NCBI GenBank assembly: GCA_913775595.1
Contig: CAJYLB010000001.1
Span: forward strand, 434,001-498,000
DNA from: an uncultured Aquiluna sp.
Lineage (GTDB): Bacteria > Actinomycetota > Actinomycetes > Actinomycetales > Microbacteriaceae
DNA: 64,000 bases
Reading direction: 5' to 3'
The notes under the pieces are model-generated. The model saw only the letters and a list, made by a program, of their open reading frames with translations, was not told the DNA's origin and made no database searches. This document shows, piece by piece, positions 20,905 through 32,250 of the stretch. The position numbers and the translations under genes are program-made. Positions within the stretch are counted from its first letter, which is position 1, and each line of letters begins with the position of its first letter.

Positions 20905-23580
20905 CTAATGACCCGCTAGCTCCCAATTCTCCCCAATTCCTATGTGTACATCGAGCGGGACTGATAATTTCGCGACATCGCGCATCTTTTCGAGAGCAAC
21001 CTGTCTGACCTTCTCGGTCTCGCCTGGTGAAACAGCAATTACCAACTCGTCGTGTACCTGGAGCAAGAGCCTTGATTTCAGGCCTGCAGCACTCATACCG
21101 GACTCAACCTCGATCATCGCCAACTTCATGATGTCCGCTGCAGTTCCTTGAATTGGAGCGTTGAGTGCGGCCCTGCGAGCGTTCTCGCGGACCTGGAAGA
21201 TTTTCGACTGCAGGTCAGGAAATGGGCGCCTGCGTCCGTAGACGGTAGTTGTGTGACCAAGGTTTTTAGCTCGTTGGACGACGGTGTCCAAATACCGCTT
21301 CACACCACCAAAACGCTCAAAGTAGTCACTCATAAGCTGTTTGGCCTCCGCTTTTGAGATTCTCAGCTGCCTTGCCAGTCCGTACTCGCTCAGCCCGTAG
21401 ACAAGTCCGTAACTCATCGCCTTGACCTTTGACCTCATTGCACCTGTCACAGCCTCCGGCTCAACTCCGTAGATCCGAGCTCCGACAAAATTGTGGAGGT
21501 CTTCCCCCTTATTGAAAGCCTCGATAAGGCCCTCATCCTCAGATAGGTGAGCCATGATTCGCATTTCAATCTGCGAATAGTCGGCAGTAAGCAGGGTCTC
21601 ATAGCCCTCTCCCGCGACAAATGCGCTTCGCAGCCGCATTCCTCTTTCGGTTTTGATTGGAATGTTCTGCAGATTGGGGTTCTCACTGCTCAGGCGCCCG
21701 GTTGAGGTTCCAACCTGTGAGTAGCTGGTGTGGATGCGGCCATCGGCTGCGATCGCCTTGATTAGGGTCTCGGTAATTTGGCGAAGCTTCGATGAGTCCC
21801 GATGAGCAAGAAGCTTTTCCAAGAATGGGTGCTCCGTCTGCTCATACAAAGTCGCCAGCGCCTCTGCGTTTGTTGAGTAGCCGGTCTTCACGCTTCGCGT
21901 TCCCTCCATCCCCATCTCTTCGAACAATACGGTCTGCAGCTGCTTCGGGCTCGCGAGGTTTACCTCGTGACCAATGATTGAGTACGCCTCCTGGGCAATC
22001 TGCTCCACCTCGGCACTGAGCTCATCAAATTGACTTTGAAGCACATCCCTTGCGATTGCTATGCCGTGAACCTCCATGCGCGAGAGCACACCAGCAACTG
22101 GTAGCTCAATGTCGGTATAAACCGAAAACGATCCTTCATCCTTTAGCCGATCACCAAGGACAGCCCAAACTATTGAGTAGCACCAGGCATCCAGCGATGG
22201 CTCAGACTCGCTAAGCAGTTGGTCGGCATCCGCCCTAACGACATCGATCCCTGCGTAGGTTCGGACAAGTGAATCTGGTCCCAGGTCCTTGTTCGTTGGA
22301 TCAACGAGATAGGCGGCCAACAGCGCATCGTTGCTCAGCTCTCCTAGCTCGATGCCTGCCTCGGCACACTTTCGATAGGTATTCTTCGCATCCCAGGAGC
22401 CAAAGCCGCCTCGGGCAACAAGCTCAAGTGAGCTCGAAACATCTTTGCCATCCCAATCAAGCCGCCTCGCCGGAGTCGCGGCTCCCAGACCAACCAAGGC
22501 ACCTTCCGAAATCTCCAGGTTCAAAAAGGCACCATCCGCTACGAGTTTCTCAATCTCAGCAATGCCCACCACTTCTGCGGTCGGTGCTTCGATTGGCAAG
22601 TCAGGCAGAGAACGGTGTTCCGAATGAACAGCAGGCTCGTTACTGGGTGTGTCACCCTCGATCTTCGCTGAGATAACCCGGTGCTGGGTGCCGTTTTCTC
22701 CGCGAAGCTTCAACACTCGGGACAGGAGGGTGCGAAAAGAGAGCTTGGCAAAGACTTCCTTGACTTTGTCCTCGTCCACAGAACCAAGCGCAAGGTCTTC
22801 CATTGAAAAGTCAAACTCGAGAGACCTAACCAGTTCATTGAGTCTGCGGTTTCTCACCGCAAGCTCCTTGTTTTCTCTGAGACTTTCTCCGACTTTGCCG
22901 GGGATATCCTCAGCCTGGTTCAGGATCTCATCCAGCGAGCCGTACTGCTGGATCCACTTGGCCGCAGTCTTTGGCCCAACTCCCGGAATGCCCTTGAGGT
23001 TGTCGGAGGTCTCGCCCACCAGTGCCGCAAGCTCTGGGTACTGCTTCGCATGAACGCCGTATTTTTCATAGACAGCCGCATCGTCCATGCGAGCAAGATT
23101 CATCACTCCCTTAACCGGGTAGAGGATGGTGGTCTTCTCGGTAATCAGCTGAAATGTGTCACGGTCACCAGAAACCACAAGCACCCTCATGCCTGCCTTC
23201 TCACCGAGGTGAGCGAGCGATGCAATTAGGTCGTCAGCTTCATACATCTCTCTAGAAACAGAGGTAATTCGCATTGCGCTTAGGGCTTCAACCAGCAGCT
23301 CAGTCTGACCAATGAATTCCTCCGGGGTCTCTCCCCGTGTTCCCTTGTACTCAGGTAGTTCCTGGGTGCGAAAACTCTCTCGCGAAACGTCGAAGGCCAC
23401 GCATAGGTGAGTCGGTTTCTCACCCTCAAGAATGTTGAGCAGCATCGAAATAAAACCATGAATGGCGTTGGTGTGCTGCCCTTCCTGGTTCCTAAAGTTG
23501 TCAGGATTGAGCGCATAGAAGGCCCTAAACGCCAGGGAATGCCCATCAATAAGTAGCAGAGTAGGCTGTTCCGAGGACAT
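20905..23580 (-). CDS. polA: DNA polymerase I
   Basis: 5'-3' exonuclease (LIDGHSLAFRAFYA, YEADD) and polymerase motifs TGRLSSENPNLQNIP, ADYSQIEMR, KAMSYGLVYG and LQVHDEL. Confidence 0.98.
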   Translation of the reverse strand: MSSEQPTLLLIDGHSLAFRAFYALNPDNFRNQEGQHTNAIHGFISMLLNILEGEKPTHLCVAFDVSRESFRTQELPEYKGTRGETPEEFIGQTELLVEALSAMRITSVSREMYEADDLIASLAHLGEKAGMRVLVVSGDRDTFQLITEKTTILYPVKGVMNLARMDDAAVYEKYGVHAKQYPELAALVGETSDNLKGIPGVGPKTAAKWIQQYGSLDEILNQAEDIPGKVGESLRENKELAVRNRRLNELVRSLEFDFSMEDLALGSVDEDKVKEVFAKLSFRTLLSRVLKLRGENGTQHRVISAKIEGDTPSNEPAVHSEHRSLPDLPIEAPTAEVVGIAEIEKLVADGAFLNLEISEGALVGLGAATPARRLDWDGKDVSSSLELVARGGFGSWDAKNTYRKCAEAGIELGELSNDALLAAYLVDPTNKDLGPDSLVRTYAGIDVVRADADQLLSESEPSLDAWCYSIVWAVLGDRLKDEGSFSVYTDIELPVAGVLSRMEVHGIAIARDVLQSQFDELSAEVEQIAQEAYSIIGHEVNLASPKQLQTVLFEEMGMEGTRSVKTGYSTNAEALATLYEQTEHPFLEKLLAHRDSSKLRQITETLIKAIAADGRIHTSYSQVGTSTGRLSSENPNLQNIPIKTERGMRLRSAFVAGEGYETLLTADYSQIEMRIMAHLSEDEGLIEAFNKGEDLHNFVGARIYGVEPEAVTGAMRSKVKAMSYGLVYGLSEYGLARQLRISKAEAKQLMSDYFERFGGVKRYLDTVVQRAKNLGHTTTVYGRRRPFPDLQSKIFQVRENARRAALNAPIQGTAADIMKLAMIEVESGMSAAGLKSRLLLQVHDELVIAVSPGETEKVRQVALEKMRDVAKLSVPLDVHIGIGENWELAGH

Positions 23581-23611
23581 GCAGTTAGCCTACTTTGCGG
23601 GAGGTGCCGGG
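23581..23611. promoter_or_regulatory. Putative bidirectional promoter for polA and the thioesterase
   Basis: Overlapping TAGGCT (- strand, 23592-23587, 6 nt before the polA ATG) and TAGCCT (+ strand, 23586-23591, followed by GGAGG and GTG at 23612). Confidence 0.5.
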
Positions 23612-24043
23612 GTGGACAAGGACGAGGTAGTCACCTCTGAACAGGCTCTTGAGGTCATGAAGCAGCGGGGACTCGGAGCGCTAGCGGACTCAATGGGTAT
23701 CAAACTCGTGGAACTGAGTGCGGAGCGTGCCGTTGCGACTATGCCCGTCGAGGGCAACACCCAGCCCATTGGCCTCCTCCACGGCGGAGCTCACGTTGTT
23801 CTGGCTGAATCCCTGGGTTCATTTGCCGCGAACGTTCACGCTCACCCATGGGGCTATGCGGTCGGCATTGAACTGAATGCCTCACACCACGGATCAATCA
23901 AGTCAGGATTGGTGACCGGAACATGCACTGCGGTAAAGCTGGGTAAGACCCTGACTACTCACGAGATCAAGATGACAGATGAAGCTGGTCGCTTGCTCTC
24001 TACAGTGAGAATTACTAACTATCTTCGTCCGAAGGGTTCTTAG
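23612..24043 (+). CDS. Hotdog-fold (PaaI/MenI-like) thioesterase
   Basis: NTQPIGLLHGGAHVVLAESLGS and VGIELNASH. GTG 23612 is preferred because it has a GGAGG SD, whereas ATG 23579 overlaps the polA start. Confidence 0.88.
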   Translation: MDKDEVVTSEQALEVMKQRGLGALADSMGIKLVELSAERAVATMPVEGNTQPIGLLHGGAHVVLAESLGSFAANVHAHPWGYAVGIELNASHHGSIKSGLVTGTCTAVKLGKTLTTHEIKMTDEAGRLLSTVRITNYLRPKGS

Positions 24044-24614
24044 GACCAAGCTGCTCAATTACAGCCTTAGCAACCTGCGCCATCGAAAGCCGGCGGTCCA
24101 TAGAGGCTTTTTGAATCCACCTAAAAGATTCTGGTTCAGTTAGCTTCATTTTTGTCATGAGAAGACCCTTTGCACGGTCCATCAGCTTCCGCGTCTCCAG
24201 GCGATCTGATAAATCCGCAATCTCTGCCTCCAACGAAGTCAATTCCTCATGTCTTGCAAGGGCTATCTGGATTGCCGGTAGTAGGTCTGCGGGCTTGAAG
24301 GGCTTGGTGACATAAGCCATGGCTCCCGCCTCAGCCGCCCTGGAGACGAGATCGGCCTGCGAAAAGGCCGTCAAGAGTACGACCGGAATCTTTAGCTCAG
24401 CAACCTTTTCGGCAGCACTTATGCCATCGAGCTTCGGCATCTTGATGTCCATGACAACAAGGTCAGGCTCCAGATCAGTGGCTAGCGCAACAGCTTCTTC
24501 ACCGTCGGACCCTTGACCGATGATCTCAAAACCGGCCTCCTCCAAGGTGGCCACGACGTCCATGCGGATCAGCGCCTCGTCCTCTACGACGACGATTCTT
24601 AGGGGGTCTGACAT
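24015..24614 (-). CDS. ANTAR-domain response regulator (PdtaR-like)
   Basis: Receiver domain (VVEDE, DLVVMDIKMP, LTAF, KPF) plus ANTAR (ETRKLMDRAKGLLM..FRWIQKASMDRR). The position beside tRNA-Leu and polA matches mycobacterial pdtaR. Confidence 0.93.
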   Translation of the reverse strand: MSDPLRIVVVEDEALIRMDVVATLEEAGFEIIGQGSDGEEAVALATDLEPDLVVMDIKMPKLDGISAAEKVAELKIPVVLLTAFSQADLVSRAAEAGAMAYVTKPFKPADLLPAIQIALARHEELTSLEAEIADLSDRLETRKLMDRAKGLLMTKMKLTEPESFRWIQKASMDRRLSMAQVAKAVIEQLGPKNPSDEDS

Positions 24615-24648
24615 GCGAATACTCTATCGGTGCCCCATCCACTACACT
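24615..24648. promoter_or_regulatory. Divergent putative -10 boxes for the ANTAR regulator (leaderless) and tRNA-Leu
   Basis: - strand TAGAGT (24626-24621)-attcgc-ATG; + strand TACACT (24643-24648), 11 nt before the tRNA. Confidence 0.55.
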
Positions 24649-24659
24649 TCTAGCTGCCA

Positions 24660-24742
24660 GCCGGAATGGCGGAACGGCAGACGCGGAGCACTCAAAATGC
24701 TTTGTCCGAAAGGGCGTGTGGGTTCAAATCCCACTTCCGGCA
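24660..24742 (+). tRNA. tRNA-Leu (anticodon CAA)
   Basis: Acceptor stem GCCGGAA/TTCCGGC plus A, anticodon arm GAGCA-CT-CAA-AA-TGCTT, long variable arm, T-arm GTGGG-TTCAAAT-CCCAC. CCA is not encoded. Confidence 0.97.
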
Positions 24743-24749
24743 CAAATAC

Positions 24750-24779
24750 AAAAGGACGGTGAGATTCACCGTCCTTTTT
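24750..24779. terminator. Bidirectional intrinsic terminator between tRNA-Leu and pyk
   Basis: AAAAGGACGGTGA-gat-TCACCGTCCTTTTT, a perfect inverted repeat with A/T tracts on both sides. Confidence 0.9.
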
Positions 24780-24790
24780 GCAATTGTTTG

Positions 24791-26236
24791 TTAGCTGTTT
24801 TGGTATGCCGGAGCGGCTACGTAGACCGCGTCACCAACGCGGTGAACCCTTAGTGCATTAGTTGAGCCTGGGATTCCAGGAGGGGAACCAGCAACGATGA
24901 TTACCTCGTCGCCTACCCTGCATTTACCACTTTCAAGCATGATCTCATCTACCTGCTTGACCATCTGGTCCGTATGGGTGACCTTGTCAACACGGTAGGT
25001 TGTAGCGCCCCAGATCAGAGATAACTTTCTTCTGACCTCCTCGTTTGGCGAGAAGGCAAGCACTGGGATTCTTGAGCGAAGCCTAGAGACGCGCCTTAGG
25101 GTGTCTCCAGACTCGGTGAATACGCAGACGTACTTGCTTCCAAGCAACTCGGCGATTTCCAAAGCGGCCCTAACGACAGCACCCGAGTGGGTGTGCGGTT
25201 TGGTTCCGAGCTCAGGAATCCTCTCCAGCCCGTTCTCTTCAGTCGACTCAATGATGCGTGCCATAGTCTGAACCGTCTCAAGCGGGTACTCGCCCACCGA
25301 AGTCTCACCTGAAAGCATCAGAGCGTCTGCTCCGTCGAGGACCGCATTTGCCACATCTGAAGCCTCGGCTCTGGTTGGCCTGGAGGCAGAAATCATGCTC
25401 TCGAGCATCTGGGTTGCGACGATAACGGGCTTAGCCCACCTTCTGGCTAGCTCCACGGCTCGCTTCTGCACTAGAGGGACCTGCTCCAATGGCAGCTCCA
25501 CACCTAGGTCGCCTCTAGCAACCATAACTCCATCGAATGCGTCAACAATTTCCTCAAGGGCAGCAACCGCCTGAGGTTTTTCAATCTTGGCGATAACTGG
25601 GACAAAGATGCCCTCTTCCTCCATGATTTCGTGGGCGCGAACTATGTCTTTTGCGTTCCTGACAAAGCTAAGAGCCACCATGTCAGCTCCCAGCTTTAGC
25701 GCCCAACGCAGGTCATCCTCGTCCTTCTCGCTAAGTGCTGGAACATTCACCGCAACACCGGGGAGGTTGATGCCCTTGTTGTTTGAGATAGGTCCGCCAA
25801 TCTCTACTTCGCATACAACGTTGTTGCCCTCGATGCTCTTTGCTCTCAGGGCAAGCCTTCCATCGTCGATTAGCAACGGATCGCCAACCTTGACGTCTCC
25901 AATGAGACCTTTGTATGTGGTGGAGCAGATGCTGCTTGTGCCCTCAACCTCGTCCACGGTTATGGTGAAGGTTTCACCGGCCTTGATGGTCTCTTTGTCG
26001 TTCTTGAACCGGCCGAGCCTAATCTTTGGACCCTGCAAATCGACAAGAATTCCGACAGGCTTACCGGCCTCTTCAGCCGCCTTGCGAATTGTTGCGTAGA
26101 CCTTTTCATGAACCGAATGGTCCCCGTGGCTGAGGTTCATACGGGCAACGTCGACTCCGGCTTCAATGATGGACTTTGCCATCGCTTCATCACTTACCGC
26201 AGGCCCAAAGGTGGCCACAATCTTGGCGCGTCTCAT
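24791..26236 (-). CDS. pyk: Pyruvate kinase
   Basis: Motifs RRAKIVATFGP, DLQGPKIR, AKIEK, MVARGDLGVE, ATQMLESM and MLSGET. Confidence 0.98.
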   Translation of the reverse strand: MRRAKIVATFGPAVSDEAMAKSIIEAGVDVARMNLSHGDHSVHEKVYATIRKAAEEAGKPVGILVDLQGPKIRLGRFKNDKETIKAGETFTITVDEVEGTSSICSTTYKGLIGDVKVGDPLLIDDGRLALRAKSIEGNNVVCEVEIGGPISNNKGINLPGVAVNVPALSEKDEDDLRWALKLGADMVALSFVRNAKDIVRAHEIMEEEGIFVPVIAKIEKPQAVAALEEIVDAFDGVMVARGDLGVELPLEQVPLVQKRAVELARRWAKPVIVATQMLESMISASRPTRAEASDVANAVLDGADALMLSGETSVGEYPLETVQTMARIIESTEENGLERIPELGTKPHTHSGAVVRAALEIAELLGSKYVCVFTESGDTLRRVSRLRSRIPVLAFSPNEEVRRKLSLIWGATTYRVDKVTHTDQMVKQVDEIMLESGKCRVGDEVIIVAGSPPGIPGSTNALRVHRVGDAVYVAAPAYQNS

Positions 26237-26252
26237 CTATTGTTTCTCTTCT

Positions 26253-27710
26253 CTAGCTGTAGACAGCAATTGGCTGATCTGTTGGCTTCACGGGGAAAGG
26301 CAGCTCGGTCTCGCCTTCGAGATACTCATCAATAGCGGAGGCTGCTGCTCGCCCCTCTGCTATCGCCCAGACTACTAGGCTCGCCCCCCTACCAGCATCG
26401 CCTGCGGTAAATAAACCTGGCGAGACTTGGTACTTGCCATCTCGCTTAATGTTGCCCTTTGCATCGAGCTCAACCGCGGACTGCTCAGCTATTGACTCTG
26501 ACTCGTTGCCAACAAATCCAAGTGCCAGAAGGACAAGGTCTGCGGGAAGAATCCTCTCGGTGCCCTTCTTGGGAAGCCTCTTACCATCCACAAACTCAGT
26601 GTCGGCTACCTTTACGCCGGTGACCCTGCCGTTCTCACCGACGAACTCGACGGTTGAGTGAAGGTACTTGCGCTCTCCAAATTCCTCGTGCGCACTCTGG
26701 ACCTCGAAAAGGTTCGGCACCATAGGCCAAGGCATGTCCTCGGTCCTGTCCTCTGGAGGCTTCACCCCAATTGCGAGGGTGGTCACGCTCTTAGCTCCCT
26801 GCCTTGTTGCGGTCCCGAGGCAGTCTGCTCCGGTGTCGCCACCGCCCAGAATGATTACGTGCTTCCCATCCGCGTGGATTTGATCGGGAACATCGTCGCC
26901 GGCAACTCTCTTGTTGGATTGAGTGAGGTATTCCATCGCAAAGTGAATGCCCTCTAGCTCGCGACCTGCTACCTCGAGGTTTCTTGGCTTTAGCGCGCCT
27001 GTGGCAACGAGTACGGCGTCATAACGCTTCTTTAGCTCTGGCCAACTGATGTCAACACCTATGTTGACTCCGGTGCGGAATCGGGTTCCCTCTGCCTCCA
27101 TCTGGGAGATACGTCGCTCAAGGTGAATCTTCTCCATTTTGAAGTCTGGTATTCCGTACCGCAGGAGCCCGCCAATTCGATCATCTCGCTCGAAGACGGC
27201 AACGGTGTGGCCGGCACGGGTGAGCTGCTGAGCGGCTGCGAGACCTGCGGGTCCGCTACCAACTATGGCGATAGTCTTCCCGGTTAGTCGTTCGGGAACC
27301 TGAGGCGTGACAAAACCCTGGTCAAAGGCATTGTCGATTATCGAGACCTCAATCTCCTTGATCGTGACTGCAGGTTGATTGATGCCGAGCACGCAGGAGT
27401 CTTCACAAGGTGCAGGGCAGATGCGGCCGGTAAACTCTGGGAAGTTGTTGGTGGCGTGAAGCCTGTCGATGGCTTCCCTGCCTCTCCCCCGGTGTGTAAG
27501 GTCGTTCCACTCCGGAATTAGGTTGCCAAGCGGGCAGCCTTGATGGCAGAAAGGAATACCGCAATCCATGCAGCGACTGGCTTGTCTTGCTACCACCTCA
27601 CCATTTCGTTCGGCATAGACCTCTTTCCAGTCTTTGATCCTGACTGGGACAGGGCGTCTCGGAGCAGTCTCCCGTTCTGTTACCTTGAGAAAGCCTCTCG
27701 GATCAGCCAT
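26253..27710 (-). CDS. gltD: Glutamate synthase small subunit
   Basis: MADPRGF start at 27710 (8-nt overlap with gltB); [26 protein letters not shown] and GASLVVWAI. Confidence 0.96.
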   Translation of the reverse strand: MADPRGFLKVTERETAPRRPVPVRIKDWKEVYAERNGEVVARQASRCMDCGIPFCHQGCPLGNLIPEWNDLTHRGRGREAIDRLHATNNFPEFTGRICPAPCEDSCVLGINQPAVTIKEIEVSIIDNAFDQGFVTPQVPERLTGKTIAIVGSGPAGLAAAQQLTRAGHTVAVFERDDRIGGLLRYGIPDFKMEKIHLERRISQMEAEGTRFRTGVNIGVDISWPELKKRYDAVLVATGALKPRNLEVAGRELEGIHFAMEYLTQSNKRVAGDDVPDQIHADGKHVIILGGGDTGADCLGTATRQGAKSVTTLAIGVKPPEDRTEDMPWPMVPNLFEVQSAHEEFGERKYLHSTVEFVGENGRVTGVKVADTEFVDGKRLPKKGTERILPADLVLLALGFVGNESESIAEQSAVELDAKGNIKRDGKYQVSPGLFTAGDAGRGASLVVWAIAEGRAAASAIDEYLEGETELPFPVKPTDQPIAVYS

Positions 27711-30700
27711 TTGACACCTCCAAAATCTGGGTCCAAACCTCTTCGCCGTCTGGCTCGTAACCAAGCTCTTGGGCATTGCGTTGAATTTCCATTACTCGCG
27801 CATAGTCACGAGGAAGAACCCGCACAAAGTTCTGAGCTTCGTTCTCGAAGTCAGCCAAGATGCGTCTCGCATTTGGAGATCCGGTTTCGGCAAGGTGCTC
27901 TTCAAGAAGTGACTTGAGTTCAGCAACCTGCTCAGCATCAGGAGTACCTAGCGTGATTTCACCAAGCTGTAGTGCTTCGCGATTTACCCTTGCCTCTGAG
28001 AGCTTGTAGACGTATGCGATGCCGCCTGACATGCCTGCTCCAAGATTGATTCCAGTCTTCCCAAGAATCACAGCTCGGCCACCGGTCATGTATTCGAGGG
28101 CGTGATCACCAACGCCCTCAACAACTGCTTCCGCGCCAGAGTTTCGTACTAAGAAGCGCTCCCCCACGATTCCATTGAGGAATATCTTTCCTGCAGTGGC
28201 TCCGTAGCCGATTACGTTGCCGGCAATTACATTCTCGCCGGCAACATAGGCCGCTCCCGCCGGTGGCTTCACAACTATTGTTCCGCCAGAGAGCCCCTTG
28301 GCTACATAGTCATTGCAATCGCCTGCGACAGTGATCTTGATGCCCCTTGGCACGAACGCACCTAGAGACTGTCCAGCGCTGCCTGTGAGCGAAAGCTCCA
28401 GTGTCCCAGGCTCTAGCCCCTGTTCACCCCACTTGTAGGTGAGCTCATTTCCAAGCATGGTGCCGATCGCCTGGTTGGTGTTGTTGATCTCCCGCTCGAT
28501 GAAGCAACTCCTACCTTCCACCAGGGCAGCCCTCGCCTCTTCGATTAGTGGGTAGTCGAAGTGGTTCTCAAGCTCGTGGTCCTGGACGGTAGTCCGGTAG
28601 AGGGCTGAATCGGTCTTTATCTCCTTGGCCGCGAAGATTGGGGCTAGGTCTAATCCGTCAGCCTTCCAGTGCTTGATTGCGTCGTTTGCATCTAGCAGTT
28701 CAGCGTGTCCAATGGCCTCTTCCAAAGTTGCAAAGCCAAGTTCAGCCAGATACTCCCTGACCTCCTGAGCCAAGAACTCAAAGAAGTTGACCACATGGTC
28801 AGCCTGTCCGCGGAAGCGCTCACGAAGCTCTGGATTTTGGGTGGCAACACCAACTGGGCAAGTGTCGAGGTGGCACACTCGCATGAGGATGCAACCCTCG
28901 ACTACCAATGGGGCAGTTGCAAAGCCAAACTCCTCGGCACCAAGCAGAGCGGCGATGATCACATCCCGACCCGTCTTCATGGAGCCGTCAACCTGAACCG
29001 TGATTCGATCCCGCAGTCCATTGAGAAGCAAGGTTTGCTGTGCCTCGGCAAGACCGAGTTCCCATGGAGTTCCGGCGTGCTTTAGGGAGTTCAGTGGGCT
29101 TGCTCCGGTGCCACCATCGTGGCCAGAGATGAGCACAACATCAGCCTTAGCCTTTGCCACACCAGCGGCAACCGTTCCCACGCCGAACTGACTGACCAGC
29201 TTGACGTGAATTCTTGCCCGTCTGTTGGCACGCTTTAGGTCAAAGATCAGCTGCTTGAGATCCTCGATTGAGTAGATGTCGTGGTGAGGTGGCGGGGAGA
29301 TGAGCCCAACTCCTGGTGTCGAGTGTCTCAAATCCGCAATCCATGGATAAACCTTGTGAGGTGGCAGCTGCCCACCCTCTCCCGGCTTCGCTCCCTGGGC
29401 CATCTTGATCTGGATGTCATCTGCGTGGGTGAGGTACATGCTTGTCACGCCGAAGCGTCCGGACGCTACCTGCTTGACGGCCGAGCGCCTCTCCCTGTCG
29501 AGAAGCCTCTCAACGCTCTCTCCACCCTCGCCGGTGTTGCTCTTTCCACCCAGCCGGTTCATCGCAATGGCAAGCACCTCATGGGCCTCTGGGCTGATCG
29601 CTCCCATCGACATGGCGCCCGTCGCAAAACGCTTGACAATTTCCGAAACTGGCTCGACCTGCTCAATTGGAATTGACTTGCGCTGATCAGTTCGCAGTTT
29701 AAACAGTCCACGAATTGTCATTAGGCGTTCAGCTTGGTCATCCACGGCCGAGGTGTACTGCTTGAAGATGTCGTAGCGCTTCTGCTTTGTTGAGTGCTGC
29801 AGTTTGAAGATTGTCTCGGGGTTGAAAAGATGCGGTGGTCCCTCGCGACGCCATTTCATCTCGCCACCCACCTCTAGTGGCATGTGGACGCTGGTAGCAC
29901 CCTCCAGCGGATAGGCGTGGCGGTGACGCTTCTCAATCTCGGTGTGGAGAACATCAAGCCCAACTCCACCAAGCTTCGAGATTGTTCCAGTGAAGTGCTT
30001 GTCAATCAGCTGCTGAGAAAGCCCCACAGCTTCAAAGCATTGAGCACCTGCATAAGAGGCAACCGTCGAAATTCCCATTTTGCTCATGATCTTCAATACG
30101 CCCTTGCCCAGAGCCTTGATCATGTTCTTACTCGATCTCTCAGGGGTGATTCCAGTAATGAGGCCTGTAACCACCATGTCTTCCGCCGTTTCAAGGGCAA
30201 GGTAGGGGTTGATAGCCGATGCCCCGTAGCCAAGAAGGGTGGCCATGTGGTGAACGTCTCTGGCATCGCCGCACTCAACGATGAGGCCAGCCATTGTCCT
30301 GGTGCCGCGCCTGATGAGGTGGTGGTGGATTGCTGAGCAGCTCAGAAGTGACGGAATGGGAGCTAATTCGCGGTTCGAATCACGGTCCGAAAGAATTACA
30401 AAGGTTGCACCGGCTTCCAAGGCACGGTCTACCTCATCACACATTGCATCGAGACGTTCTTGCAGCGCCTGCTCACCCTCATCGACCCTGTAGAGGCAGG
30501 AAACCGTGATTGCCTTGCCGATGTTGTTCCCTCGATCGATGTGTTTGATTCGAGCGAGCTCGTCGTTTGTGAGGATTGGGTAGTCGAGAACCATCTGCTT
30601 TGCATGCTCAGGCGAGGCATCCAGTAGGTTCCTTACTGGCCCGATACTTGCCGTCATCGAGGTGACAACCTCCTCGCGAATTGCATCGAGAGGTGGGTTG

Positions 30701-32250
30701 GTCACCTGCGCAAACTGCTGGGTGAAGTAGTCGAACAGCAGCCTAGGGCGGTCACTAATCGCGGCAATTGGAGTGTCGCTGCCCATAGCGCCAATGGGCT
30801 CTTGGCCAGTTCTGGCCATTGGCGATATGAATTCCTTTAGGTCTTCTTGGGTGTATCCAAAAACGCGCTGTCTTCTAGCCACCGATGAGGACGAGTAGCG
30901 AATGTGTTCACGCTCTGGTAGATCCTTGAGGTTGATTCTCTCGGCGTCAAGCCATTCGCCCCATGGCTCCAATGAGGCAACCTCAGCCTTGATCTCCTCA
31001 TCCTCAATGATTTGGCCAGCTTCCGTGTCAATCAGGAACATCTTTCCTGGCTGGAGGCGACCCTTTCTCACGATGCGATCCGCTGGGATGTCAGAAACCC
31101 CAATCTCGCTCGCAAGGATTACAAAGCCATCCTCGGTAACAACGAAGCGCCCAGGCCTCAAACCATTTCTGTCAAGAGTTGCTCCGACGAGACTTCCATC
31201 CGTGAACACCACTGCCGCTGGACCGTCCCAGGGCTCCATGATCATTGAGTGATATTCAAAGAAGTCCCGCACCTTGGGATCTATGTCTAGCTGTTTCTCC
31301 CAAGCGCCCGGAATCATCATCATCATCGCGTGAGGCAATGACCTCCCGCCGAGAACGAGAAGCTCTAGCACCTCATCGAATGTCGCACTGTCGGAGGCGC
31401 CATCGCTCACAATTGGCTTTAGCGATTCCATGTCACCGAGTAGTTCCGAGGACAGCTGGGACTCTCTTGCGGCCATCCAGTTCGCATTTCCCTTTACGGT
31501 GTTGATTTCACCATTGTGGGCAATGAACCTAAATGGGTGCGCAAGTGGCCAGGACGGGAAAGTATTAGTTGAGAATCTGGAGTGAACAAGAGCTAGCAGG
31601 GATTCAAAGCGCTCGTCCGACAGGTCCTTGTAGAAAGGCTCCAGCTGCAAGGTCGTGACCATGCCCTTGTAGACCATCGTGCGCATCGAGAGCGAAGGGT
31701 GATAGATCCCAATCTCCCGCTCGCTTCGCTTTCTGAGCCTGAAAAGTGCGCGCTCAAGCTCTAAGCCAGCCAGACCCTTTCCTGTGAGGAATACCTGACG
31801 AATTTCGGGCATGGCTTCCCTTGCCAGGTCTCCTAGCACCGAAGGGTCGGTGGGCGGGGTTCTCGTGCCTAGAAGCTCCAGACCCTCTTCGCCAGCCAAC
31901 TTGGCAAATGCTGCGAGGTCCTTCTTTGCCGAGCTGGTGTCGAGGAAAACAAGTCCAGCACCGTAGCTACCCTTTTCCGGAAGTTCAAAGTCGACCACTT
32001 CCCGCAGGAAACGATCAGGAATCTGCGTGAGGATGCCAGCGCCGTCTCCGGTTCCGGCGTCAGAGCCAACAGCGCCTCGGTGCTCGAGGTTGCGCAGTGA
32101 GTTGAGAGCCATCTCAACGATGTCGTGACCAGCCTGACCCCGAAGCGTTGCCACCATTGCCAGCCCGCAGGCGTCCTTCTCAGCCGCTGGGTCATAAAGT
32201 CCCTGAGCAGCGGGAAACGTGCTGAATCGCTGAAATGGTGAAACGGGCAT
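27703..32250 (-). CDS. gltB: Glutamate synthase large subunit
   Basis: KDACG (N-terminal catalytic Cys), [36 protein letters not shown] and GXGXG domain. Confidence 0.98.
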   Translation of the reverse strand: MPVSPFQRFSTFPAAQGLYDPAAEKDACGLAMVATLRGQAGHDIVEMALNSLRNLEHRGAVGSDAGTGDGAGILTQIPDRFLREVVDFELPEKGSYGAGLVFLDTSSAKKDLAAFAKLAGEEGLELLGTRTPPTDPSVLGDLAREAMPEIRQVFLTGKGLAGLELERALFRLRKRSEREIGIYHPSLSMRTMVYKGMVTTLQLEPFYKDLSDERFESLLALVHSRFSTNTFPSWPLAHPFRFIAHNGEINTVKGNANWMAARESQLSSELLGDMESLKPIVSDGASDSATFDEVLELLVLGGRSLPHAMMMMIPGAWEKQLDIDPKVRDFFEYHSMIMEPWDGPAAVVFTDGSLVGATLDRNGLRPGRFVVTEDGFVILASEIGVSDIPADRIVRKGRLQPGKMFLIDTEAGQIIEDEEIKAEVASLEPWGEWLDAERINLKDLPEREHIRYSSSSVARRQRVFGYTQEDLKEFISPMARTGQEPIGAMGSDTPIAAISDRPRLLFDYFTQQFAQVTNPPLDAIREEVVTSMTASIGPVRNLLDASPEHAKQMVLDYPILTNDELARIKHIDRGNNIGKAITVSCLYRVDEGEQALQERLDAMCDEVDRALEAGATFVILSDRDSNRELAPIPSLLSCSAIHHHLIRRGTRTMAGLIVECGDARDVHHMATLLGYGASAINPYLALETAEDMVVTGLITGITPERSSKNMIKALGKGVLKIMSKMGISTVASYAGAQCFEAVGLSQQLIDKHFTGTISKLGGVGLDVLHTEIEKRHRHAYPLEGATSVHMPLEVGGEMKWRREGPPHLFNPETIFKLQHSTKQKRYDIFKQYTSAVDDQAERLMTIRGLFKLRTDQRKSIPIEQVEPVSEIVKRFATGAMSMGAISPEAHEVLAIAMNRLGGKSNTGEGGESVERLLDRERRSAVKQVASGRFGVTSMYLTHADDIQIKMAQGAKPGEGGQLPPHKVYPWIADLRHSTPGVGLISPPPHHDIYSIEDLKQLIFDLKRANRRARIHVKLVSQFGVGTVAAGVAKAKADVVLISGHDGGTGASPLNSLKHAGTPWELGLAEAQQTLLLNGLRDRITVQVDGSMKTGRDVIIAALLGAEEFGFATAPLVVEGCILMRVCHLDTCPVGVATQNPELRERFRGQADHVVNFFEFLAQEVREYLAELGFATLEEAIGHAELLDANDAIKHWKADGLDLAPIFAAKEIKTDSALYRTTVQDHELENHFDYPLIEEARAALVEGRSCFIEREINNTNQAIGTMLGNELTYKWGEQGLEPGTLELSLTGSAGQSLGAFVPRGIKITVAGDCNDYVAKGLSGGTIVVKPPAGAAYVAGENVIAGNVIGYGATAGKIFLNGIVGERFLVRNSGAEAVVEGVGDHALEYMTGGRAVILGKTGINLGAGMSGGIAYVYKLSEARVNREALQLGEITLGTPDAEQVAELKSLLEEHLAETGSPNARRILADFENEAQNFVRVLPRDYARVMEIQRNAQELGYEPDGEEVWTQILEVSNG

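Noticed and set aside
24520..24762. 80-aa + strand ORF across the tRNA
   Set aside because: It overlaps the regulator antisense and the tRNA gene, so it is spurious.
24660..24790. tRNA-Leu as an integration site
   Set aside because: The tRNA is followed directly by its terminator and pyk; I saw no duplicated 3' end and no integrase.
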